The notes under the pieces were generated by a model. It saw nothing but the letters and a program-made list of their open reading frames with translations, did not search any database and had not been told where the DNA came from. From an uncultured Gammaproteobacteria bacterium (lineage in GTDB: Bacteria; Pseudomonadota; Gammaproteobacteria; UBA9214), in the NCBI GenBank assembly GCA_905479705.1, contig CAJQNP010000170.1, forward strand, positions 1-39,740: 39,740 nt of DNA. Reading direction: 5' to 3'. The position numbers and the translations under genes were made by a program. Positions 19,416 to 29,612 of the stretch are shown here, one piece after another; position 1 is the first letter of the stretch; every line of letters begins with the position of its first letter.

Positions 19416-20884
19416 TGGCCCGAATTGACGTGCGTGCACTGCTGGCAGTCCTTGCCCTCTGCGCCGGCAGCCTGCAGCTGACCGGTTGCGCCACCAACCC
19501 GGTCACCGGCGGCAATGATTTCGTGCTGATGTCCGAGGACCAGGAAATCAGCCTGGGGAAAAAGTACAACGACGAGATCCTCAAGGAGATGCCCGCCTAC
19601 CACGACCCGGTACTGGATGAACTGGTACAACGCGTCGGTAAAAAACTTGCCGGGTTCAGTCACCGCCCGGGCATTGATTACAGCTTCACCATCATAGACA
19701 GCAGTAGCGTCAACGCCTTTGCGCTACCCGGTGGTTATATCTACATCACGCGCGGCATGCTCGCCTACCTGAACTCCGAGGCAGAACTCGCCGCGGTACT
19801 GGGCCACGAAATCGGACATGTCACGGCACGACACGGTGTGCGCCAGCAGAGCACCAGCGCGGTCACCGGTCTGCTCGGCGCGGTGCTCGCCGCCTCTACC
19901 GGCATACAGGGCGCGGACACCCTGACAAACATGGCCGGTACCGCCATCGTGCGCGGCTATGGTCGCGAGCACGAACTGGAGGCAGATCGGCTCGGTGCTG
20001 AATACCTGGCGCGCAGCGGTTATGACCCGGAGGCCATGCTCAAGGTCGTCGGGATTCTGAAGAACCAGGAATCCTTTGAAGTCGCGGTTGCAAAAAAGGA
20101 GGGCCGCGAGCCCAATGTCTATCACGGCCTGTTCTCCACACACCCGGATAACGATGCCCGCTTCAGGGAGGTCGTGAACGCCGCAAACAAATACAAGACC
20201 GGCGACACGGCGCGTGTCGGGCGAGACAGCTTCCTGTTACGCCTCGATGGACTGACATTTGGAGACAGCGCGCGTGAGGGCGTGATACGCGACAACCGCT
20301 TCTTCCACAAGGACCTGGATTTCTCCATCACATTTCCGTCGGGCTGGAAGATCAACAACCAGACATCACGGATCATTGCCACGCCGGCGGCAAAAGACGG
20401 CCTGATCCAGATGACCCTTGCGGAAAACAAGCAACGGCTGCCAGGAAAACAATTCATGCAGCAGGAACTGGCCATTCCCCTGAGTTCGGGCAAGGCATTC
20501 AAGGCCAGCGGCATGAAGGGCTACAGCGCCGTCACCGTCGGCGACACTCCCTTTGGCAAACGCCGTATTCGCTATGCCGTCGTCAACCGCGGTGATGACG
20601 CCTATATCTTTGCCGGGACTGCGCGCAGTACCCAGCACGCCGGCAAGTACGACGAGGCCATACTGGCCACTGCGAAGAGCCTGCACCCGCTGACCGGGGC
20701 AGAGAAAAAGCTCGCACGGGAGAAGAAACTGGACATCATTCGCGCACCCGGGGGAACGACCTGGTCAGGGCTCGCCAGGCGTTCACCGATAACGAACTAC
20801 CCCGAGGAGCAGCTGCGCCTGCTGAATGACCAATACCCCGCCGGGGAGCCGGCCAGCTCCGAAATTATCAAGATCGTGCGTTAA
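19415..20884 (+). CDS. M48-family zinc metalloprotease lipoprotein
   Basis: 489 aa. Lipobox LTGC after a signal sequence, and an HExxH motif (VLGHEIGHVTARH). Long C-terminal region of unknown function. The ATG shares a base with the nuclease TGA (TGATG). Confidence 0.85.
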   Translation: MARIDVRALLAVLALCAGSLQLTGCATNPVTGGNDFVLMSEDQEISLGKKYNDEILKEMPAYHDPVLDELVQRVGKKLAGFSHRPGIDYSFTIIDSSSVNAFALPGGYIYITRGMLAYLNSEAELAAVLGHEIGHVTARHGVRQQSTSAVTGLLGAVLAASTGIQGADTLTNMAGTAIVRGYGREHELEADRLGAEYLARSGYDPEAMLKVVGILKNQESFEVAVAKKEGREPNVYHGLFSTHPDNDARFREVVNAANKYKTGDTARVGRDSFLLRLDGLTFGDSAREGVIRDNRFFHKDLDFSITFPSGWKINNQTSRIIATPAAKDGLIQMTLAENKQRLPGKQFMQQELAIPLSSGKAFKASGMKGYSAVTVGDTPFGKRRIRYAVVNRGDDAYIFAGTARSTQHAGKYDEAILATAKSLHPLTGAEKKLAREKKLDIIRAPGGTTWSGLARRSPITNYPEEQLRLLNDQYPAGEPASSEIIKIVR

Positions 20885-20896
20885 TCCGCCGGATTT

Positions 20897-20925
20897 TTGA
20901 ATGCGTGTCGCATCTATGGGATTAT
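20897..20925 (+). promoter_or_regulatory. candidate sigma70 promoter of mdh (TTGAAT-N17-GATTAT)
   Basis: -35 at 20897-20902, a 17-nt spacer, and -10 at 20920-20925. It sits 34 nt upstream of ATG 20959. Confidence 0.3.
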
Positions 20926-20958
20926 GCGCACCAAATATTCCGCGACCAAGGGAACAGC

Positions 20959-21879
20959 ATGAATAAAATCAGCATCATCGGTGCCGGCCGCGTCGGTGAA
21001 ACCGCCGCCCTGACGCTTGCCCTGCAGGAAATGTGCCCCGAGATCACCCTCATCGACATCAGGGAGGGTGCCGCCGCCGGTGCCGCGCTGGACATCATGC
21101 AAACCGCCTCCCACTTTGGATTTGGTTCCCGCGTCACTGGCGGCACTGACCCCGCATTGTTGCAGGACGCAGAACTGGTCGTGGTTACCGCCGGTTCACC
21201 GCGCAAGCCGGGCATGTCGCGCAGCGACGTGCTTGGCGTGAACGTTGCTGTAATCAACAGCGTCTGTGACCACGTACTTGAGTACGCACCGAACGCCTTG
21301 CTGCTGATGGTTACCAATCCCGTTGACGTGCTCACCTGGCATGCCTGGAAGCGTACCGGCTGGGAACGTAACCGTATCTTCGGACAGGCCGGCGTACTGG
21401 ATGCCTCGCGCATGGCCTGCTTTATTGCCGAAGAAACCGGACTGTCTGTCAGGGACATACACACCATGGTCATCGGTGGTCACGGCGACCACATGGTTCC
21501 GCTGACACGCTTCAGCACGGTGAATGGCGTGCCGGCAACCACCTTCATGGACGAGGCAACGATTGAACGCGTCAACGAACGCACGCGACATGGCGGTGCC
21601 GAGGTACTGGCACTGCGACAGGTAAGCAGTGCCTACAACGCGCCGGCAGCGGCCATCGCCACCATGGCGGACGCCATCTGCCATGACCGGCGCCGCGTGC
21701 TGCCGTGTGTCTGCAACCTTGATGGCGAGTATGGGTACTGGGATATGACGGCAGGTGTGCCGGCCATCCTTGGTCGCAATGGAATTGAGCAGGTCGTCGA
21801 ATTACCGCTGGATGAAAACGAACAGGCCGGCTTCGATGCATCCATCGACAGCATTCGTGCCGACCTGGATAGCCTCTAG
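20959..21879 (+). CDS. mdh: malate dehydrogenase (LDH-like, type 3)
   Basis: 306 aa from MNKISIIGAGRVG (Rossmann fold). Substrate-loop Arg in GSPRKPGMSRSD favours MDH over LDH. SD AAGGGA upstream. The track ORF start at 20905 is probably too early. Confidence 0.85.
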   Translation: MNKISIIGAGRVGETAALTLALQEMCPEITLIDIREGAAAGAALDIMQTASHFGFGSRVTGGTDPALLQDAELVVVTAGSPRKPGMSRSDVLGVNVAVINSVCDHVLEYAPNALLLMVTNPVDVLTWHAWKRTGWERNRIFGQAGVLDASRMACFIAEETGLSVRDIHTMVIGGHGDHMVPLTRFSTVNGVPATTFMDEATIERVNERTRHGGAEVLALRQVSSAYNAPAAAIATMADAICHDRRRVLPCVCNLDGEYGYWDMTAGVPAILGRNGIEQVVELPLDENEQAGFDASIDSIRADLDSL

Positions 21880-21922
21880 ACTAGCCGTCCCGGTCCCGGT
21901 CAGCGGGACACGCAGCTACCCG

Positions 21923-24379
21923 TCAGAACAGCTGGTCAGTCACCGCATCCGTCGAACCGCTTGCCGCGCCGCCACCGAGAGAATCGCTGCTCTGCTGCGG
22001 CACATACTCTTCACGGAATGTTTCAAAGACGGCATCGCTCTGCCCACTGCCGGCCAGCAGGCCGGTCGACGGATCGATGCGTACCGTCACCAGTCCCGAC
22101 GGTGGTTGCTGTTTCTTCACCGGGACGCCATCCAGCGCAACCGCCATGTAATCGATCCACATCGGTAATGCAGAGCGGCCACCGGTCTCGCCGCGCCCCA
22201 GCGGCTCAAGCTTGTCGAAGCCAACCCAGGCAACGGCGACCACCGCATGATTGAAACCGGAGAACCAGCCGTCCTTCTGATCATTCGTGGTGCCGGTCTT
22301 TCCGGCAATATCCTTCCTGCCCAGCGAACGCGCCTTGCGCCCGGTGCCGCGTTGAATGACATCGCGCATCATGGAGGTCATCTGCCAGACATTCTGTGGC
22401 GTCAGTACTTGCGGCGCTGGCCTGACGGGCGCTTCAGCCGGTAACACGTCTGCGCTCTCGCCTGTTTCAGCAGCTGCTTCGATAGCCAACCCAGCCGGTT
22501 CGACTTCACCGGCTGTTCCAGTTTCAAGCGGGCATGCGGGACAGGCGACCAGCGGACTGGCAGAGTACAACTCCTCGCCTGCTGCATCGTAGATGTGTTT
22601 AATAAAGTAGGGATCCACCAGGTAGCCCCCGTTTGCCAGCACCGCATAGGCACGCGCCATTTGTAACGGCGTGACCGAGGCACTGCCCAGGGCAAGCGTC
22701 AGATCCTTGGGCAACTGGTCGGGTGAAAAGCCGAAGCGTTGTGCATACTCGACCACGTAACTCGCACCAATGGCACGCAGGATACGAATCGAGACCAGGT
22801 TGCGGGAACGGTACAGCGCCTCGCGCAGGCGCGTTGGACCGTAGAACTGGCCACTGTAGTTCTCCGGACGCCAGGTAGATTCAAGGTTCGGGTCATCGAA
22901 CACCACCGGTGCATCATTGATCATGGTGGCCGGTGTAAATCCTTTATCCAGGGCCGCGGAGTAGACCACCGGCTTGAAACTGGAACCGGGCTGGCGTTGC
23001 GCCTGGGTGGCGCGATTAAACTTGCTCTGCCTGAAATCGAACCCCCCTACCATGGCAAGGATGGCACCATCTTCCGGATTCAACGAAACCAGCGCGCCTT
23101 CCACTGCGGGTATCTGTGACAACATCCAGACAGCGTCCTTGTTCTGCAAGACACGAATGACATCGCCGCGAGCAAGTATGTCAGCGGCCTGCTTGGGTTT
23201 CTTTCCCATGCGATTGGCACTCATATAGGGGCGCGCCCACGACAGTTCTTCCCAGCTGATAGTGATTGACTCGTCGTTCTCGAGCAGCACCTCGACACTC
23301 TTTTCGTCCACCCGGGTGACCAGTCCGGCGGTCAGACCGCCGATGGTCTTGTAGTCATCAAGCAGGCTGCTCCATTCTTCCTCGTCCACCTCATCGAGAA
23401 CCAGGTTTGCCTCGGGACCGCGATAGCCATGGCGCTTGCTGTAGGCAATCAGGTCCTTGCGTAACGCCTTGTTTGCAGCCTTCTGCAGCCGCACATCAAG
23501 CGTGGTGACCACTTCAAAGCCCGAGGTGTAGACCGCCTTGCCGTAACGCTCGATCATCTCCCGGCGCACCATCTCGGCAAGATAGGGGGCGCTGGCCTCG
23601 GCCTGCACCTTGTGCAGCGCGGCATCATCCGGCTCGGCAATGGCCATTGCATAGGCTTCCTGGTCGATTGCCCCGTTCTGTTGCATACGTCCCAGGATGT
23701 AATTGCGCCGCTCGAGCGTCTCTTCCGGACTGTTAATGGGATTGACGCGTGAGGGCGCCTTGGGCAGGGCGGAAATGGTTGCCATCTGCGCCACGCTCAG
23801 CTCGCTGATGGTCTTGCCGTAATACACCTGCGCCGCAGCCTCGACACCATAGGCATGGTGGCCCAGATAGATCTTGTTGAGATACAGCTCGAGGATCTCG
23901 CCCTTGCTGAGCGATTCCTCGATCTTCAGCGCCAGCAGGATCTCGGTCAGCTTGCGCCAGTAGGTCTTTTCAGTGGACAGAAAGAAGTTACGTGCCACCT
24001 GCATGGTGATGGTGCTGGCACCGCGACGCTTTTTACCGGTGCGCACCAGTTCAAAGGCGGCGCTCATCAGGCCCGGGATGTCCACACCGGAGTGCTCGAA
24101 GAAGTGGTCGTCTTCTGCGGCCAGAAATGCCGCAATCAGTGTCTCCGGGACCTCGTCAAAGGTGACCGGTGTCCGGCGCTTGTCACCGAATTCCGCCAGG
24201 ATCTTGCCATCCTGTGAATAAATCCGCAGCGGTTCCTGCAACTGCACCTCGCGCAACACGTCAATTGACGGCAATTGCGGCTCGATTCGCAGGTATATGA
24301 CTGCGGCCAGCGCAGTCACGGCCAGACCGCCCAGGAGGAACAGGAAGAGGATGAAACGTCCAAGCCAACGTAATTTCAT
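21923..24379 (-). CDS. mrcA: penicillin-binding protein 1A (bifunctional transglycosylase/transpeptidase)
   Basis: 818 aa. N-terminal TM anchor, GT51 motifs (EDDHFFEHSGVD, RKLTEILLALKIE), and transpeptidase motifs SSFK, SRN and KTGTT. Divergent from pilM, as in pseudomonads. Confidence 0.93.
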   Translation of the reverse strand: MKLRWLGRFILFLFLLGGLAVTALAAVIYLRIEPQLPSIDVLREVQLQEPLRIYSQDGKILAEFGDKRRTPVTFDEVPETLIAAFLAAEDDHFFEHSGVDIPGLMSAAFELVRTGKKRRGASTITMQVARNFFLSTEKTYWRKLTEILLALKIEESLSKGEILELYLNKIYLGHHAYGVEAAAQVYYGKTISELSVAQMATISALPKAPSRVNPINSPEETLERRNYILGRMQQNGAIDQEAYAMAIAEPDDAALHKVQAEASAPYLAEMVRREMIERYGKAVYTSGFEVVTTLDVRLQKAANKALRKDLIAYSKRHGYRGPEANLVLDEVDEEEWSSLLDDYKTIGGLTAGLVTRVDEKSVEVLLENDESITISWEELSWARPYMSANRMGKKPKQAADILARGDVIRVLQNKDAVWMLSQIPAVEGALVSLNPEDGAILAMVGGFDFRQSKFNRATQAQRQPGSSFKPVVYSAALDKGFTPATMINDAPVVFDDPNLESTWRPENYSGQFYGPTRLREALYRSRNLVSIRILRAIGASYVVEYAQRFGFSPDQLPKDLTLALGSASVTPLQMARAYAVLANGGYLVDPYFIKHIYDAAGEELYSASPLVACPACPLETGTAGEVEPAGLAIEAAAETGESADVLPAEAPVRPAPQVLTPQNVWQMTSMMRDVIQRGTGRKARSLGRKDIAGKTGTTNDQKDGWFSGFNHAVVAVAWVGFDKLEPLGRGETGGRSALPMWIDYMAVALDGVPVKKQQPPSGLVTVRIDPSTGLLAGSGQSDAVFETFREEYVPQQSSDSLGGGAASGSTDAVTDQLF

Positions 24380-24543
24380 GTGTGCGTCAAAAACCTGTGA
24401 TCAGATTCAAAGAATTGTTTTGGTCCACGTCATATAAATTAACAACAGCGAACGTATCACGTTGCGAATAGCATTTATCTCTCAACAAAAATGACTGCTG
24501 TCCGATAAGGGGTACCATAGCATCTGAATTAAATTCGCATTGG

Positions 24544-24572
24544 TTGACAAAGCATTGGCTTTGCACTCTAAT
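24544..24572 (+). promoter_or_regulatory. candidate sigma70 promoter of pilMNOPQ (TTGACA-N17-TCTAAT)
   Basis: -35 at 24544-24549, a 17-nt spacer, and -10 at 24567-24572. It sits about 50 nt upstream of the pilM GTG in the AT-rich mrcA/pilM divergent region. Confidence 0.4.
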
Positions 24573-24622
24573 GCGGCGAACTACCTTTGTTCTACAACAC
24601 TGGGTAACTAAAAGGAAAAATC

Positions 24623-25693
24623 GTGCCGATCGCGCAGCTCTTTAAACGGACAAAACCACCGTTAATTGGTCTGGACATTAGTTCCACGGCAGTAAAATTG
24701 CTGGAACTAAGTCGCAGTGGCTCACGCTACAGGGTCGAGAGCTATGCTGTCGAACCTCTACCGCCCAACTCAGTCGTCGAGAAGAATATTACTGATGTTG
24801 ACGCTGTAGGTGAAGCGGTAAGACGCGCTGTAAAGCGTTCAGGCACCCGCACCCGACATGCTGCCGTTGCTGTCGCCGGATCATCCACTATTACCAAGAT
24901 CATTTCCATGCCTGGCGGCCTCAGCGAGGATGACATGGAAGCCCAGATTGATCTTGAAGCGGACCAGTATGTTCCCTACCCGCTGGAAGAAGTAAATCTC
25001 GATTTCGAAATCCTCGGTCCCTCGGAGAAAAACCCGGACACCGTGGATGTACTGCTGGCTGCATGTCGCAGCGAAAACGTCGACTTGCGCAGTGCTGCCG
25101 TGGAAACCGCCGGCGTAGGCACGCAAATCATGGACGTTGAGTCGTTTGCCAGTGAGAATGCCTTCTCACTGCTGACCGATCAGTTACCCGACCAGGGACA
25201 AGACAAGACCATCGCCGTCATCGACGTCGGCGCAACCATGACGACCCTCAACGTCATGCACAACCTTAATAGTATCTATACACGCGACACCGTGTTCGGC
25301 GGTAAACAGCTGACCGAGGAAATCATGCGTCGCTACGGCCTCTCCTACGAGGAAGCCGGCATGGCAAAGCGCCAGGGCGGCCTGCCGGAAAATTACCTGA
25401 CAGACGTACTGGAACCCTTCAAGGAAGCAATGGTGCAACAGGCCAGCCGCTCCCTGCAGTTCTTCTACTCATCCAGCCCGCACAGCAAGGTCGACCATAT
25501 CGTACTGGCCGGCGGCAGTGCCTCGATACCCGGCATGGATGAAATGATCCAGGAGAAACTCGGCGTGGAAACCACCATCGCCAACCCGTTTGCGTCAATG
25601 TCACTGTCAGCCCGTATCAAACCACAAACACTGAGTAATGATGCACCCGCACTGCTGATTGCCTGTGGACTGGCCCTTAGGAGCTTCGACTGA
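24623..25693 (+). CDS. pilM: type IV pilus assembly protein PilM
   Basis: 356 aa with a GTG start after SD AAGGA. Actin-like ATPase-family sequence (IGLDISSTAVKLLEL...). First gene of a pilMNOPQ cluster. Confidence 0.9.
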   Translation: MPIAQLFKRTKPPLIGLDISSTAVKLLELSRSGSRYRVESYAVEPLPPNSVVEKNITDVDAVGEAVRRAVKRSGTRTRHAAVAVAGSSTITKIISMPGGLSEDDMEAQIDLEADQYVPYPLEEVNLDFEILGPSEKNPDTVDVLLAACRSENVDLRSAAVETAGVGTQIMDVESFASENAFSLLTDQLPDQGQDKTIAVIDVGATMTTLNVMHNLNSIYTRDTVFGGKQLTEEIMRRYGLSYEEAGMAKRQGGLPENYLTDVLEPFKEAMVQQASRSLQFFYSSSPHSKVDHIVLAGGSASIPGMDEMIQEKLGVETTIANPFASMSLSARIKPQTLSNDAPALLIACGLALRSFD

Positions 25694-25694
25694 T

Positions 25695-26273
25695 ATGGCA
25701 CATATTAACCTGCTCCCCTGGCGTGAAGAGTTACGCAAGCAGAAACAACATGAGTTCGGCATCACCGCCATCGGCTCCGTTGTTATTGCAGGGCTGATCG
25801 TATTGCTCGCACACTTTCATGTCGATGGCATGATTACCGATCAGGACCAGCGCAACGCCTACCTGGAAAGCGAGATCGACATCCTCAACAAGCGCATCGG
25901 CCGCATTCGCGAGCTCGAAGCCATGAAAGCCAATCTGCTGGCACGCATGAACGTCATTCAGGAACTGCAGGGCAGCCGCCCGGAAAGTGTTCACCTCATG
26001 GATGAACTGGTCAGAACCCTGCCTGACGGTGTTCACCTGAACACGTTTGAGCAAAAGAGCAAGGCACTGACCATGACGGGCATAGCAGAGTCCAACGCCC
26101 GGGTCTCCGATTACATGCGTGAAATCGACGTATCCGACTGGTTTACCGGACCGCGTCTTGATGTCATCAAGACAACCGAGTCCAACCGCCGCCGTATCGC
26201 AAACTTCACCCTGCGCGGCAACCAGAAGGCCCGCAAGCCAGATGAAGAAATTGCCGGGGTAGCCACACCATGA
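25695..26273 (+). CDS. pilN: type IV pilus assembly protein PilN
   Basis: The start MAHINLLPWREE at ATG 25695, 1 nt after the pilM stop, is the canonical PilN N-terminus. One TM segment. Confidence 0.9.
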   Translation: MAHINLLPWREELRKQKQHEFGITAIGSVVIAGLIVLLAHFHVDGMITDQDQRNAYLESEIDILNKRIGRIRELEAMKANLLARMNVIQELQGSRPESVHLMDELVRTLPDGVHLNTFEQKSKALTMTGIAESNARVSDYMREIDVSDWFTGPRLDVIKTTESNRRRIANFTLRGNQKARKPDEEIAGVATP

Positions 26274-26866
26274 ATCTGAATGAACTTGACCTGGCCGACG
26301 TCGCCAGATGGCCCGTGGCTGCGCGCGCAGTCGTTATTCTGTTCCTGATGGGCGGTGTGATCTTTCTGGGTTACTGGTTCCACACCAAGGACCAGCTGGT
26401 AACACTGGATGAATCCGTGGATAAAGAGGAAGGGCTCAAGGTTATCTTCGAGACCAAGGCAAGGCAGGCCGCCAACCTGGAAGCCTACGAGCAACAGCTC
26501 GAGGAAATGCGTGAGTCATTCGGCGCCATGCTACGCCAGCTGCCTAACCAGACAGAAGTCGCCGACCTGCTTGTAGACGTATCACAGACCGGACTGGCAA
26601 GTGGACTGGAGTTTGAACTGTTTCAGCCCCGCTCCGAGGTTCCACGGGAATTCTATGCAGAAATGCCAATCAGCATCCGCGTCATTGGCGGCTACCACGA
26701 GTTTGGTGAATTTGTCAGCGGCGTTGCCGCACTGCCGCGCATCGTGACCATTCACGACGTCAAGATTACCAAGGTCGGCAATGCCGGCGAACTCGGCATG
26801 AACCTGACGGCCAAGACCTATCGCTACCTTGAAGAAGAAGGCACAGAGAGCGGAGGTGATATCTAA
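26270..26866 (+). CDS. pilO: type IV pilus assembly protein PilO
   Basis: 198 aa. ATGA overlap with the pilN stop. Single TM followed by coiled-coil. Position within the cluster. Confidence 0.88.
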   Translation: MNLNELDLADVARWPVAARAVVILFLMGGVIFLGYWFHTKDQLVTLDESVDKEEGLKVIFETKARQAANLEAYEQQLEEMRESFGAMLRQLPNQTEVADLLVDVSQTGLASGLEFELFQPRSEVPREFYAEMPISIRVIGGYHEFGEFVSGVAALPRIVTIHDVKITKVGNAGELGMNLTAKTYRYLEEEGTESGGDI

Positions 26867-27411
26867 TGTCTCGCTATTACCTTAACTCTACGGCACGCTG
26901 GCTTGTGCTTGCCAGCCTCTGCGGCGGCCTGATGGCCTGCTCCGGCAACCCGAATGCAGATCTCGAGGAGTATGTCAGGACCACCAAGAGCCAGACGAAA
27001 TCCAGCATCGAACCGCTGCCGGAATTTCAGCCCTACGAATCATTTACCTACCAGGCGACTGACCTGCGCGACCCGTTCACCGCGCCAACCTTTTCCACCA
27101 CCCGCGCGGTGAGCAATGTTGCAAGCAACAACGGCATAAAGCCTGATTTCGACCGCCCGACCGAGCCACTCGAGGAATTTCCGCTCGACAGCCTGCGCAT
27201 GGTCGGCACACTGGAGCAGCGTGAGGACCAGTGGGCACTGATCAACGACACGGATGGCACCATTCACCGCGTGCAGCCGGGCAACTACGCCGGTCAGAAT
27301 CACGGAAAGATCATTCGCATTACAGACTTCGAAATCGAACTTACAGAAATCATTCCTGACGGTATCGGTGGCTGGGTAGAACGCCAGTCCTCCATCGCAA
27401 TCAGTGAATAA
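26866..27411 (+). CDS. pilP: type IV pilus assembly lipoprotein PilP
   Basis: 181 aa. Lipobox LMAC. TAATG overlap with pilO. Conserved C-terminal beta domain (LRMVGTL...WALINDTDGTIHRVQPGNY). Confidence 0.88.
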   Translation: MSRYYLNSTARWLVLASLCGGLMACSGNPNADLEEYVRTTKSQTKSSIEPLPEFQPYESFTYQATDLRDPFTAPTFSTTRAVSNVASNNGIKPDFDRPTEPLEEFPLDSLRMVGTLEQREDQWALINDTDGTIHRVQPGNYAGQNHGKIIRITDFEIELTEIIPDGIGGWVERQSSIAISE

Positions 27412-27473
27412 TTGACAGGATAAACTCAATGATCGGACACATGTCAGAACGCTTGCCAACAGGTGGAAAAACC

Positions 27474-29564
27474 ATGATGAACATCATCAAACATCACTCC
27501 CACAAGTTGTTACGTGGCGTGCTTGCCGCCGGCTGCCTGTTTGCCGGCAGCATTCTGCCTGCCAGCGCAGCAGACAACGTCGCCGGCAATTCGCTGCAGT
27601 CCATCGACTTTGCGGAACTGCCGGGCAACAAGGCACAGATTACCCTGACATTGAGCAAACCCGCTCCCGCCCCGCTGAGCTTTACCATCGATAACCCGGC
27701 GCGTATCGCCCTGGACTTTGCGGACACCAGCAACAATCTCGACAAGCGTTCACAAAATATCGGCATCGGTATGGCCGAGAGTATTACCGCCGTTGAAGCG
27801 CAGGGCCGCACCCGCGTGGTGGTCAATCTGGTTGACATGGTGCCCTACGAGGCCCACGCCGAAGGCAACAAGGTCATTCTGCTGGTACAGAATGCCGGTG
27901 GAGAGCAATCCGAAGCCGCGGCCATGGCATCACGTGCCACTGGCGGTGGTGACGACACCATTACCAACATCGATTTTCGTCGCGGCACCGATGGCCAGGG
28001 ACGTGTCATCGTCGACTTGTCCGACCCGTCCATTCCGGTTGATATGCAACAGCAGGGCGGCAAGGTCCTCGTTGATTTTTACCGCGCCCAGCTGCCGGAA
28101 GAACTGGAGCGGCGCCTGGATGTACTGGACTTCGCCACACCGGTGAAGACCATTGATACCTACACCCGCGGCAACAATGTTCACATGGTCATCACCCCGA
28201 TGGGTGACTACGACTACCTCGCCTACCAGTCCAACAACCAGTTCACGATCGAGGTCAAGGCACTGACCAGGGAAGAGGTTGAGGCCAGCAAGAAGGACGA
28301 ATTCGGCTACTCCGGCGAACGCCTGTCGCTGAACTTCCAGGACATCGAGGTTCGCTCGGTACTACAGCTGATCGCCGACTTCACCGGCATCAACGTGGTC
28401 GTCAGTGACACCGTCAGCGGCAGCCTGACACTGCGGCTGAAAAATGTTCCCTGGGACCAGGCGCTGGACATCATCCTCAAGACCAAGGGCCTCGCCATGC
28501 GCCAGACCGGCAACGTCATGCTGGTCGCCCCGAGCGAGGAAATTGCCGCACGCGAGAAGCTGGAACTGGAATCCCAGAAGCAGATCGAGGAACTGGAACC
28601 GATGTACTCGGAGTTCATCCAGGTGAACTACGCGAAGGCCTCGGACCTCGCGGCACTGCTGAAGAGCAGCGAAACCACGCTGCTGTCTGATCGCGGCATG
28701 GTCACCACTGACGAACGTACCAACACCCTGCTGGTTCAGGATACGGCATCGAAGCTTGTTGAAATCAGGCAGCTGGTCTCAACCCTGGACATCCCGGTCA
28801 GGCAGGTTCTGATCGAGTCACGCATCGTCATTGCCAGTAATGACTTCTCACGCGACCTCGGTGTGAAGTTTGGCCTGAGCAAGCAGACCCGGTTTAACGA
28901 TGACCACATCGTCGCTGCCGGCGGTACCCTGGACAGCAGGACCGGCGACAACAACATCATCGATCCGGGCTTCGTACCTGACGGATTGCTGGTAGACCTG
29001 CCCGTTATTGGTGCCACCAGCTCCATCGGCCTCGCAGTCGGCAAGATTGGCAGCCACATGCTGAACCTGGAACTCACCGCCATGGAGGCCGAGGGACAGG
29101 GTGAGGTCATCTCCAGTCCACGCGTGCTGACCTCCAACCAGAGGACCGCCTTCATCCAGTCGGGTGTGGAGATTCCCTACCAGGAGGCCACATCGAGTGG
29201 TGCCACCTCGGTTTCCTTCAAGGACGCCGTACTGGAACTGAAGGTCACACCGCAGATCACCCCGGACGACCGCATCATCATGGACCTGGACGTGAAAAAG
29301 GACAGCGTCGGTGAAATCTTCCTGGGGGTACCCAGTATCGATACCAACGAGGTCTCCACCCAGGTGCTGGTCGACAACGGCGAGACACTGGTACTGGGCG
29401 GCATCTACGAACAGGAAAAGATCAAGGAAATTGACCGGGTACCATTCTTCGGTGAGCTACCGCTGGTTGACTGGATGTTCAAGAACACCTCCATCACCAA
29501 TGACAAGGCAGAACTGCTGATCTTCGTGACACCCAAGATTGTCAAGGAAGACCTCAATATCTAG
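27474..29564 (+). CDS. pilQ: type IV pilus secretin PilQ
   Basis: Start at ATG 27474 (SD AGGTGG 7 nt upstream; the track ORF starts at 27429). Signal peptide, two AMIN-like repeats, and a secretin C-terminal domain (VLVDNGETLVLGGIY, PFFGELPLVDWMFK). Confidence 0.93.
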   Translation: MMNIIKHHSHKLLRGVLAAGCLFAGSILPASAADNVAGNSLQSIDFAELPGNKAQITLTLSKPAPAPLSFTIDNPARIALDFADTSNNLDKRSQNIGIGMAESITAVEAQGRTRVVVNLVDMVPYEAHAEGNKVILLVQNAGGEQSEAAAMASRATGGGDDTITNIDFRRGTDGQGRVIVDLSDPSIPVDMQQQGGKVLVDFYRAQLPEELERRLDVLDFATPVKTIDTYTRGNNVHMVITPMGDYDYLAYQSNNQFTIEVKALTREEVEASKKDEFGYSGERLSLNFQDIEVRSVLQLIADFTGINVVVSDTVSGSLTLRLKNVPWDQALDIILKTKGLAMRQTGNVMLVAPSEEIAAREKLELESQKQIEELEPMYSEFIQVNYAKASDLAALLKSSETTLLSDRGMVTTDERTNTLLVQDTASKLVEIRQLVSTLDIPVRQVLIESRIVIASNDFSRDLGVKFGLSKQTRFNDDHIVAAGGTLDSRTGDNNIIDPGFVPDGLLVDLPVIGATSSIGLAVGKIGSHMLNLELTAMEAEGQGEVISSPRVLTSNQRTAFIQSGVEIPYQEATSSGATSVSFKDAVLELKVTPQITPDDRIIMDLDVKKDSVGEIFLGVPSIDTNEVSTQVLVDNGETLVLGGIYEQEKIKEIDRVPFFGELPLVDWMFKNTSITNDKAELLIFVTPKIVKEDLNI

Positions 29565-29612
29565 CCTTTCCATGCTGGCAGCGCTTGCCAGCCAGCACAT
29601 AATCTGTCATAT

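Noticed and set aside
20882-20900. Terminator after the M48 gene (AATC-CGCCG-GATT followed by TTTT)
   Set aside because: A 4-bp stem is too weak to be convincing.
21885-21910. Hairpin GTCCCG...CGGGAC between the convergent mdh and mrcA genes as a bidirectional terminator
   Set aside because: The stem is only 6 bp, the loop is 11 nt, and there is no T-tract on either strand. It is too weak to call.
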